Virus record (IMG/VR): IMGVR_UViG_3300027857_000012
Coordinates: 1 to 64,000 of that record
DNA: 64,000 bases
DNA from: a virus
Reading direction: 5' to 3' (one strand)
Shown: in pieces, positions 57,001 to 64,000 of the stretch
Position numbering within the stretch: the first letter of the stretch is position 1
Layout of the letters: the number at the start of each line of letters is the position of its first letter
Notes under the pieces: model-generated
The model's database searches: none
What the model was told of the DNA's origin: nothing
Seen by the model: the letters and a program-made list of their open reading frames with translations, nothing else
Translations under genes and position numbers: made by a program

Positions 57001-57501
57001 TTTTATTATGCAATTGGCGATCCTCATCTTGTGCAAGATGTAAGTGGACAACTTCTCCAGAGTTCAGATCAAATTCAAGTGACATACCTTGGTCTGTTCC
57101 CTGTCACTGTCGTTGTCGATGATCTGACACAGCAAGCACTTCAACAAGCAATTGAAGGAGGATCTGGTATTGTTGAAAGTGTCCAAGATGTGACTGGGCA
57201 AGGTATCAATAAAGCATCAGCCATTGCACTTGCCAATCAATTATTATCACGATATGGCATTGCTGGACGAACACTCATCTTTGATACAACACGAAATGGA
57301 TTGCAAATTGGCCAAATGCTGACCATTTTCTTGCCAGAACATGGCATTCTTGAGGGGCAATTTTTCATCACACAAGCAGAAATTTCACTCATGAAAGGTA
57401 ACGCCGATACACAAGTATGGTGGTACAAAGTAACAGCATCAGAATTGCCTAAAAAAGCAAGTTGGGCAAAGTTGCTTGCTAGTGGTCTAGGGTTACAATA
57501 A
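54001..57501 (+). CDS. tail tip protein B: repeat region, lectin-like domains and C-terminal part of hub/Tal-like protein
   Basis: C-terminal FDDLAKQSNYSWFIDQNKVFNF, YRNRQTILG, EGGSGIVE, GLQIGQMLTI motifs. Confidence 0.7.
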   Translation: MSTALTVYMQEVNASSTLSTANALIENGTTGASNTNKNSTIASGTTGWGEIFAQGTSNAWGAGGSAPSPSGNGWLDDGTTLVGNHFDTGTWTATVKMNMGSGSVTADIHVRAYQRSSGGVYTLIADMLASAQSITTSSSVFTCTASSVAASNAFVTGDKLYVDVLLNITASSSGTTIKIQESSSGTQGYTNAQVVSPGYLASTQIDKDVVLRARIQALVNKDVRLRGRLQQLVTKDIQLRGNVGFAAKKDVTLRGRIQQLTTKDIQLRGRLQQLTTKDIQLRGRIDILSTRDIRTRGIVAASSVRDVQMRGRIRVLVNKDLGLRGRPVTTVPKDIALRANVTSQPLASGGFTIFANGTGTALYDSVRITQYPDPSLSLSPIVPRLGTTNVTWNETISLNTTFGIDVSLDGVNWTDVTATNGASIPGLYSQTDPVIDGFDIDSSANYLATSGFIGQDSFVGRTVSNGFGTSIDGNTWTILGGTASGLSVSGGNAIVAQGAGNSTLKFGTLTASDTQTTLFCTFGSSTDIVGLDIRATNYGANTLYRLKVTPTTFTIERHNAGVVTTLTTISVSLSTSVEYGLRFQVLGSLLSARYWLENTPEPTTWQINVTDPSPLVGAGNVGVFALANSATSILLDTYGVIDLSRNATWTYDTANSRLIATGGTEGLYIYTLISRPDVDFFIDLDRADAGGAVWRYADQGNYYYLLITDSLSSTGFRNTVTIYRVANNVQTQLATAAITYTVGSASSSYTATFTRGTFHRFRVTMLLNVITVYIDGNILITYTDTTPLSTGMMGLYTNGGLIGSRFYMLWMQPDGDLVTGTPNYDIVTGKFVYTRVRLTTTDPGQTPQTQDLTVLATTASIQAGALIPSVTYTATSVAKNFDDLAKQSNYSWFIDQNKVFNFRSRAAFASPWILQSSPYGLVPVNDIEVTSNFELDVGNDLYRNRQTILGALDTQLFTETNVGDGSTRTFPLGYEVGAQPTVFVNGVPQTVGVKGSAGFNFYYAIGDPHLVQDVSGQLLQSSDQIQVTYLGLFPVTVVVDDLTQQALQQAIEGGSGIVESVQDVTGQGINKASAIALANQLLSRYGIAGRTLIFDTTRNGLQIGQMLTIFLPEHGILEGQFFITQAEISLMKGNADTQVWWYKVTASELPKKASWAKLLASGLGLQ
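54619..55023 (+). repeat. 10 x 14 aa (42 bp) coding repeat KDIQLRGRxQQLxT
   Basis: visible in translation; near-identical DNA units at ~54760-54850. Confidence 0.9.
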
Positions 57502-57559
57502 TAGTCACCTAAATGGACTTTTGAGAGAGGGTTTTGATGTATCCTCAATGCATCCAGGA

Positions 57560-58230
57560 TACATCAGAAAGTTCATGAAAAGCAAAAGACAATGGAATAT
57601 ATATCTCACGAGAAAAATGTATCCTGGGCATACCTATTCATATGTGGATGCTTACAATAATACACTATTCCTTATATATGTGTATAAACTATGTGATTGA
57701 TGTATCTTACGCATAAAATCATAATAACATTGGTTGACTTCTCTTTATAACACTGCCTTGATGCTAAATTTTCGCATTGAAATGTATGATTTTTTGAACA
57801 TTTAAAATCAATATCAGTGAGAATGAAATCATCCCGATACGCGCGATAGATACTATATACTAGTCTATAGTAATATGCTTCTTTCTTCTTTTTCTTAAAT
57901 GAAAATAAAGAAATCTCTTTGTTCGAATACAAAATTTTATTAATAAGATATTTGAATGAAAAGAAAAGCTTCTTTGTATTTAAATGAAGAAAATGCTTCT
58001 TTAGATGAAAGAAGAAAGAACTCTTTGTTTAGATATAAAATCTTATAGATAATATATTTGAATGAAAAACTTCTATTAAATGGTGGAAAAAGAAAAAATT
58101 TTTCTTTTAAATATGTATTGTTATGCTAGTCAAGTTGCGCTTGTATAATAGTCAATTGCTACTTGTATCTATGGTGAATTTTCGAAAAATGCTTGCTTTT
58201 TGACCAGAATTGGTGATTTTTTCGCAAAGT
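57560..58230. other. AT-rich intergenic region with imperfect ~55 bp direct repeat; candidate origin
   Basis: AAAGAA.CTCTTTGTT....ATATTTGAATGAAAA at ~57907-57962 and ~58013-58068; no credible ORF. Confidence 0.5.
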
Positions 58231-58253
58231 TTTGCAAATTCACTCAAAAAGTA

Positions 58254-58282
58254 TTTACTTTTTAGCACAAATATGTTATAAT
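58254..58282 (+). promoter_or_regulatory. promoter of replication operon, variant of the repeat promoter
   Basis: AAATTCACTCAAAAAGTA-TTTACT-17bp-TGtTATAAT. Confidence 0.7.
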
Positions 58283-58333
58283 AAAAATGTGATCAAGAAA
58301 AGAATGAAAAACCGTCACGCAACGGAGGCAATT

Positions 58334-58570
58334 ATGAGGGATTTGCAGAAGGTCACGAGCCAGTCGACGCAAACGTTGAGGAAGTTCATCAGTCGAGCAT
58401 TTGCAACTGGAGGGATTACACGCACTTCACAGGAGGAATTGCTCGATCTAGTCGATTCACTTGAACAAAAGATTGATAGCGCGATTCAACCAGAATCTTC
58501 TGTTCCTGTTCAAGTGAATCGACAACCTCGTCACAGTCGTCGAACAAAGACAGAAGCACTTGCAAGCTAA
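58334..58570 (+). CDS. hypothetical protein (MRDLQKV...)
   Basis: GGAGG RBS; followed by hairpin ATCGGGGG/CCCCCGAT. Confidence 0.65.
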   Translation: MRDLQKVTSQSTQTLRKFISRAFATGGITRTSQEELLDLVDSLEQKIDSAIQPESSVPVQVNRQPRHSRRTKTEALAS

Positions 58571-58660
58571 CAGTAATCGGGGGATGTGAGGCTCAATCAC
58601 TAGGGGACCCCCGATACTTCCCTTTTACATCTGAATAGTGTGTCTTCGAGGGGATCTTAA

Positions 58661-59584
58661 ATGTTTTTAGAAACGCTGGCTTGCTATGGCCTCTTTACAC
58701 CATCATCAGGGCACTTAGATGAGAATGTGCTTATTCAATGCCCTTTTCATCAAGATGATCGACCGTCATGTTCTATTAACATTCGTGCAGATGTCTTTTT
58801 CTGTCATGGGTGCCATGAACATGGTACTCTTCTTCGGTTTGTGTCACTCTTAGAGGCCAAGCGACTCCATCTTGACGAGCTCAATGAATGGCTTGGCCTC
58901 GTTGCGCTTGCGAAAATTAAACGACAAGCCCCCGTTGATCCATTACCCGAGTTTCTGGTTCCTCAGATTCGCCTCCAAAGGAAGGAAACAGAGCGCGCTG
59001 CTCGTATCAGAGCATATGATTTTTATACATCACTTCCTATTCCTCAATGGAATATGATTAAGTATCACTATTTGCAAGATCGAGGATTTTCAGATTCGAC
59101 GCTTAGGTTGTTTGGTATTCGATTGAATCCATCAAGTCATTATCAAATTGTCATTCCAGTATCACAGCAAAATCGATTTCGTGGGTACATTGCACGTCGA
59201 AATTGTGATGTTGAGAATAGTATTAAGTATGTCAATAATCCTGGATTTTCGAAATCAACAACAGTTGGTGGATCACTTCGAAAAGGACCCGTTCTCATTG
59301 TCGAGGGATGGTTCGATATGATGATGGCTCGTCAGAATGGCTTTCGAAATACAGCGTGCCTTTTCGGGTGGCACTGTAGTGATACACAAGCCGAGTTTCT
59401 TCGACTGTATGCAACAGAAATTATCTCTGGCCTTGATAATGATGCTCGAGGTCATGAAGGAACACGGCGATTACAAACATTATTTCCTCATCTTCCATTT
59501 CGGAGACTTCCATTTCCACACGATGTCAAAGATGTGTGTGAAATGGATCCAGCGCAATTTACCGCAAGCATTTATTTCACATAA
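58661..59584 (+). CDS. DnaG-type DNA primase (CHC2 zinc finger + TOPRIM)
   Basis: CPFH..D.PS..F.CHGC; IVEGWFD; LDND..G; KDV.E. Confidence 0.92.
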   Translation: MFLETLACYGLFTPSSGHLDENVLIQCPFHQDDRPSCSINIRADVFFCHGCHEHGTLLRFVSLLEAKRLHLDELNEWLGLVALAKIKRQAPVDPLPEFLVPQIRLQRKETERAARIRAYDFYTSLPIPQWNMIKYHYLQDRGFSDSTLRLFGIRLNPSSHYQIVIPVSQQNRFRGYIARRNCDVENSIKYVNNPGFSKSTTVGGSLRKGPVLIVEGWFDMMMARQNGFRNTACLFGWHCSDTQAEFLRLYATEIISGLDNDARGHEGTRRLQTLFPHLPFRRLPFPHDVKDVCEMDPAQFTASIYFT

Positions 59585-59611
59585 ATGCTACACAGAAAGA
59601 GAAAAACAAAA

Positions 59612-60283
59612 ATGTCATCAATCATGGACGAAATTCTGCAGGGTGCGGCAGAGAGATCAAAAGATTTTAGTGGCGTTCTTAAAATCAAGTCAGGTGAAAA
59701 AATTGTCATTCGATTTTTGATGGAGGGGTCGAATGGTCTCAAAATTATGGTACATGGTCGGTTTCTCCAGACAGATCAAAATGCTGGGTATACCGTCCCG
59801 TGTGCAAAACAATATGGCAAAGAATGTCCATATTGTGATCTTGTGTTCGAAACTGATGATGGTCGAAGCAATTTGAATCATTTCTGTTGGCTCGTGTGGA
59901 ATCATTCAATTGGAAAGTTGCAGGTGTTTTTCTTCAAAAATAATAAAGCAAGTCCTCTGCAACAATTAGCTGAATCATTCTCTGACAATGAAACTATCGT
60001 TTCACATGATTTTTCGCTCAAGCGTGAAGGTGAAGGTATGACAACAAAATACACACTATCACTCTTGACTCGAGCACCGCAACCACTTCCTGCAGAGGCA
60101 AAGGTACCAACAAAGGTGGAGCTGCAGCACAAAATGATCCGTGAGATGCTCGCAAAAGCATTTTGCCCCGATCTCTTAACGGATAAACCTATTACTGTGA
60201 AACAGCAAGTAAAGAGTGTTGATACAATGCTTGATCCATCATACGAAGATCCTGATGACGATTTACTTCCGGGAGGAAAATAA
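59612..60283 (+). CDS. single-stranded DNA-binding protein (gp32-like)
   Basis: IRFL, H..C...CPYC zinc site, HDFSLKREGEGMTTKYTL, acidic C-tail. Confidence 0.7.
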   Translation: MSSIMDEILQGAAERSKDFSGVLKIKSGEKIVIRFLMEGSNGLKIMVHGRFLQTDQNAGYTVPCAKQYGKECPYCDLVFETDDGRSNLNHFCWLVWNHSIGKLQVFFFKNNKASPLQQLAESFSDNETIVSHDFSLKREGEGMTTKYTLSLLTRAPQPLPAEAKVPTKVELQHKMIREMLAKAFCPDLLTDKPITVKQQVKSVDTMLDPSYEDPDDDLLPGGK

Positions 60284-60652
60284 ATGCTCGAACATATTGA
60301 ATCACCCGAGTGTCTCGATGATCGATTGGCTGCAATTTACGCAGCAATTCATTCGCTGCAACGTCGCGTGTTTGGAGAAACGTGGCCTCGAGACATTGAC
60401 GAAATGATTTCAAAATACGTCAAATACATCCAGGTCGAGTGCGTTGAAGCACTCCAATGTACGAACTTTAAAGATCATAAGCGAAAGCAACAAATTGATC
60501 TTGAAAATCTTCGTGATGAAACAGTTGATATATTCATCTATGCCATTGCAATGGCAGGGTGTTCGTTCACATCTCTTGATGATTTCATGTCAACTGTCGA
60601 GCGAAAAGTCCAAAAAAACAATACTCGACAAGATTGGGATATTAATCGATGA
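60284..60652 (+). CDS. all-alpha (MazG/dimeric dUTPase-like) dNTP pyrophosphatase
   Basis: E..E and L.DE.VDIFIY acidic motifs, K..KN..RQ. Confidence 0.75.
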   Translation: MLEHIESPECLDDRLAAIYAAIHSLQRRVFGETWPRDIDEMISKYVKYIQVECVEALQCTNFKDHKRKQQIDLENLRDETVDIFIYAIAMAGCSFTSLDDFMSTVERKVQKNNTRQDWDINR

Positions 60653-61161
60653 TTGTCATTGTTGAAGGTCCGGACAATTCAGGCAAAACGACGCTCGCAC
60701 GAGCATTGTCTGCTCGAATTAATGTTCCATACTATAAATATCCGAAACGACCGTTTTCGGATATACAAGCATTCGATACAAAACTTGTCACTCGATATGT
60801 TGATCGATGGTTGGTCGATTTTCTTGCACATGTACCCCAATCACTCATTCTCGATCGGTCGTATCCTACAGAGTGGGTATATGGTCAAGTGTTTCAACGT
60901 GAAATTGATCTTGATGATTTGGTGTATGTTGACCAAGGATTTGCGCTCCTTGATGCGCATATCGTTCTTTGTACAAAACAATCGTATGTGTCGTATACAG
61001 ATGATCTTATTGCGTCAGAAGCACTCCCTGCACTTGTTGAGCAATACCACCAATTTCAAACATGGACGCGAGTTCAGCGCATTTTAGCACTCGATACAAC
61101 AAATGAAAATCTCGAAGAACAACTCGAAGCCATTTGTGCTTTCATAAAGGAGTATGCATGA
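60649..61161 (+). CDS. dNMP (thymidylate-kinase-like) kinase
   Basis: IVEGPDNSGKTT P-loop; ILDRSYPTEWVYG. Confidence 0.85.
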   Translation: MIVIVEGPDNSGKTTLARALSARINVPYYKYPKRPFSDIQAFDTKLVTRYVDRWLVDFLAHVPQSLILDRSYPTEWVYGQVFQREIDLDDLVYVDQGFALLDAHIVLCTKQSYVSYTDDLIASEALPALVEQYHQFQTWTRVQRILALDTTNENLEEQLEAICAFIKEYA

Positions 61162-61889
61162 ACAAAAAAGTCATCGGCCTCATCCCAGCAGCCGGGAAAG
61201 GGACTCGATTAGGATGGGCGACTGCGAAAGAATTGTGGCCGATTGAAATATGTGATGGACTCATTATGCCTGTGCTCCAAAGCACGATTGACAACATGGT
61301 CATGGCAGATGTCCAAGAGGCTGTCATTGTGACAACACCAGAAAAACCGGAGATTATGCGGTATCTGTCGACGATGCATACAATGAGAATTGCCTATGTG
61401 TGTCAAGCACATAATTATGGAAAAGGTAAATCATCTGGCCTCATTGAAGCGATTGAGAGTGCATATCATTTGACAAAAGAAACCATTGTGGTCTTCGGGA
61501 TGCCTGATACGTATGTTCGTCCAAATACATGCTATGACGGACTCATCGAAAAGGTACGTGATGATGGGTATGATGTTGCGTTCGGATTATTCCCAACAGA
61601 GACACCACATAAATTTGGCATAGTTGACTTTGATGGGAATATGGATGTCCGTTATGTGTTCGAAAAGCCACGCACGACAATGCTCCAGTACATGTGGGGT
61701 ATCCTTGTTTGGTCACCAACATTTACTGAATACATTCATACATCTGTGCAACAAGGCATTGTTGAATATGATATTATTCTCAATAATGCACTTCAACTTG
61801 GCATGCCCATGTGTGCGAAGATCGTGCAAGATGGACAGTATGCTGATCTTGGAACGCAAGCTGATATTCTTCGAGTGTGGCGTGAATGA
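61158..61889 (+). CDS. sugar-1-phosphate nucleotidyltransferase (RmlA-like)
   Basis: GLIPAAGKGTRLG...KEL, GMPDT, FGIV, EKP, Y.DLGT. Confidence 0.85.
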   Translation: MNKKVIGLIPAAGKGTRLGWATAKELWPIEICDGLIMPVLQSTIDNMVMADVQEAVIVTTPEKPEIMRYLSTMHTMRIAYVCQAHNYGKGKSSGLIEAIESAYHLTKETIVVFGMPDTYVRPNTCYDGLIEKVRDDGYDVAFGLFPTETPHKFGIVDFDGNMDVRYVFEKPRTTMLQYMWGILVWSPTFTEYIHTSVQQGIVEYDIILNNALQLGMPMCAKIVQDGQYADLGTQADILRVWRE

Positions 61890-62036
61890 TGCACCACTCT
61901 TTTCGCCAAAGCGAATATGGAGAGCGATTCGTTTATGGATATGGTTCGTCGCTGTGTGTGATAAAGATGATTTAAGTTTCTGGGATTTTATTCGATATGA
62001 CGGACGGCCTCATGCAAGTGAAAAGGCAGGCAAATA

Positions 62037-62771
62037 TTGAATCTAAATGATCAACAAGAATTGATTGAACTTGCACGAGAATGCACGTGGAAGACGCAAG
62101 ATCGTCTTCGACAAGAGGAACATGCGTTCATCGATAATGCATGCGTGTTCGTGCAATCAACATATACTGACGACTTCAAACGGTATCTTGCACTTGGATC
62201 CATTCCACATATTGTTGATATGGATCTTGATCTCGCTGAGCAAGAAGGTCGTGAAAAACTGCAAATTCTCTGGAAGCAGAGTGGCATGTTCGAATTATTG
62301 TATGATCGGTCACCATTGTTTGCAGGTCGACCAACACTTCCGATAGGAAATCTCCGGGCATCATTTTTGATTATCGGTGATGCACCAGGGCAAGGGAAAC
62401 TTGTTCCCATTCATAATGAGTTTGATCGAACGTTGGCCTACGGGCCGAGTAGTCATATGCTTCGAAAAGCGCTTCTCTCGAATGGGTTGTATTACGATTG
62501 TTGGTTTACAAATCTCTGTAAGTTGTCAATTCGAGAGAATGCTCCATCGAATGCAGAACAACGCGCATTGCATAAATCGATTCTTGATCAAGAATTAGCG
62601 CTGTTAGTACCTGAACGGATTATTACACTCGGAACCCATGTGCATGAGGCATTCATAGCAATGTATGATGCACGATATGTGTTTAAAGTACCGCACCCTG
62701 CATGGGCACATCGGACAAACATGACACCTCAAGCATATGGACAAATGATCAAGGAGCGATTGCATGCCTAA
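62037..62771 (+). CDS. uracil-DNA-glycosylase-superfamily protein (family 4-like)
   Basis: IIGDAPG, WFTNLCK, IITLG, VPHPA motifs. Confidence 0.75.
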   Translation: MNLNDQQELIELARECTWKTQDRLRQEEHAFIDNACVFVQSTYTDDFKRYLALGSIPHIVDMDLDLAEQEGREKLQILWKQSGMFELLYDRSPLFAGRPTLPIGNLRASFLIIGDAPGQGKLVPIHNEFDRTLAYGPSSHMLRKALLSNGLYYDCWFTNLCKLSIRENAPSNAEQRALHKSILDQELALLVPERIITLGTHVHEAFIAMYDARYVFKVPHPAWAHRTNMTPQAYGQMIKERLHA

Positions 62772-63852
62772 GCGACGGATAGGGTACGCGTTTTGGGGAT
62801 TCATGGCAGATGTTCGAATGCAATATGGACGCCCATTTTCAGCACCAGATGGGAACTATTTGCATTCATGGGCAATTCTGCATGGGTTTCAAGATGCAGG
62901 GTGGGAAACAATTCGATTGTTTCCTGATCGAGACGCAGAGTATGTTCAATTGAATGGTGCAAATGCATTCAAAGCATTCTCACGAAATGACCGATGGCGA
63001 GCCTATGCTCGATCGATGCAAGCACATCATATCATCACGCCTAAAATGATACGCTGCGATTGGCCAGAGATTGATGTTGTACTACTCGAATGGCGTATGC
63101 CGACACCCAAAAATACACTACCACTTGAACATCCTGATTTTAATCCAGATCTTGTATTGCAACAACGACTTATTGAGCACTATACATCAAAAGGTGTGCC
63201 TATTCTCTGTCTCGATATGGACTGTTTGATGAATCCGGCGATCGATGATGCACTATTCCATCACGTATTTGAATTAGGATGGCGACGAGGTGCAGAGCAT
63301 CATATAGAAACACCATTTTATATGGATTCAATGAAACAATTTGCAATGGGAGCACATGCAAAAGAAATCGTCTATGTTGGTAATCGATATGATCGAGATC
63401 CATCATTTGAACAATTTTTTGGACATGGTGGACATGGATTTCAATATCATGTCTATGGTAACTGGCTCGAAGGTGGGAAAGATAGTCAAACTCGATGGCC
63501 ACATATTCAGTTTCATCCTCGAGCGCAACCATACGAGATTCGTGATGCGTATAAAATGGCTGCAGCTGTTCCATTGCTGATGAAGGATACATATGCACAA
63601 TATGGATTCATGACAGGTCGGTTACTCGAAGTGCTTTTATTTGGATCGATTCCATTTTTACCGATCACATTTCGTTCACCTCTGACATATGTGCCAGATG
63701 CATTTCGTATTTATGATGAAGCAGATATGTGCGCTCTTGCAGATTTCTTAGCATCTGAAACTGTTCGAGCATACATTCGAAATGAAATGATTGATGCACT
63801 TGAGTTTTGTGATATTGCACATTTTATTCGCAAGATCATGCACGTGTTATAA
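62764..63852 (+). CDS. GT-B glycosyltransferase, likely DNA base-modifying (T4 beta-glucosyltransferase-like)
   Basis: RIGYAFWGF, LLEWRMP, VYVGNRYDR, GFMTGRLLE motifs; gene context. Confidence 0.7.
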   Translation: MPKRRIGYAFWGFMADVRMQYGRPFSAPDGNYLHSWAILHGFQDAGWETIRLFPDRDAEYVQLNGANAFKAFSRNDRWRAYARSMQAHHIITPKMIRCDWPEIDVVLLEWRMPTPKNTLPLEHPDFNPDLVLQQRLIEHYTSKGVPILCLDMDCLMNPAIDDALFHHVFELGWRRGAEHHIETPFYMDSMKQFAMGAHAKEIVYVGNRYDRDPSFEQFFGHGGHGFQYHVYGNWLEGGKDSQTRWPHIQFHPRAQPYEIRDAYKMAAAVPLLMKDTYAQYGFMTGRLLEVLLFGSIPFLPITFRSPLTYVPDAFRIYDEADMCALADFLASETVRAYIRNEMIDALEFCDIAHFIRKIMHVL

Positions 63853-63867
63853 TGGAGTGATAAAATA

Positions 63868-64000
63868 ATGGAAATTCATGTTGATACATTTGCTGAAGCA
63901 TATGAATGTTTACGACACCAACTATTGATGAATGGAAAAAATGAAACGCCTCGTGGACTCTTGACAAAAGAGCTACTTCATGTCACATTTGAATTGAGAA
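63868..64000 (+). CDS. thymidylate-synthase-family protein (dNMP hydroxymethylase-like), truncated by the window end
   Basis: GGAG RBS; MEIHVDTFAEAYECLRHQLLMNGKNETPRGLLTKELLHVTFEL has the G...PRG..T.EL N-terminal motif. Confidence 0.65.
   Translation, partial: MEIHVDTFAEAYECLRHQLLMNGKNETPRGLLTKELLHVTFELR

Noticed and set aside
21834-57501. Many minus-strand and alternative-frame ORFs in the structural module
   Set aside because: They overlap long, motif-supported plus-strand genes and are explained by codon bias.
61882-62040. Possible 52 aa GTG-start ORF between nucleotidyltransferase and UDG-like genes
   Set aside because: It fills the gap and is plausible, but has only a weak RBS and no recognisable motif, so it was not listed as a feature.
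1-64000. tRNA or rRNA genes, integrase, endolysin, stop-codon reassignment
   Set aside because: None recognised by eye; long genes read through normally in the standard code using TAA, TAG and TGA stops.

Overview
This window is part of a tailed dsDNA phage genome, probably a siphovirus; no integrase, repressor or endolysin was recognised in it. It starts with a putative terminase small subunit (375-1175). A ~20 kb accessory region (1.4-21.5 kb) of about 45 short hypothetical genes follows, arranged as two divergent arrays. These are driven by 22 copies of a ~120 bp promoter-RBS element (TCAACGAATA...AAAA[CG][AT]A-TGTACW-17 bp-TATAAT...AAAGGA..CACACA-ATG), many copies carrying their own individually evolved perfect hairpin. 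Next comes the virion module: terL, DUF1003-like membrane protein, a long portal, prohead protease, major capsid, a family of fibre/decoration proteins, neck, major tail, chaperone with -1 frameshift, tape measure and a hub/Tal-like gene apparently split into two ORFs. The window ends with an AT-rich intergenic region and a replication plus DNA-hypermodification cluster: primase, SSB, dNTP pyrophosphatase, dNMP kinase, NDP-sugar nucleotidyltransferase, UDG-like protein, beta-glucosyltransferase-like protein and a truncated thymidylate-synthase-like gene. All family calls are by-eye motif recognition, not database searches.
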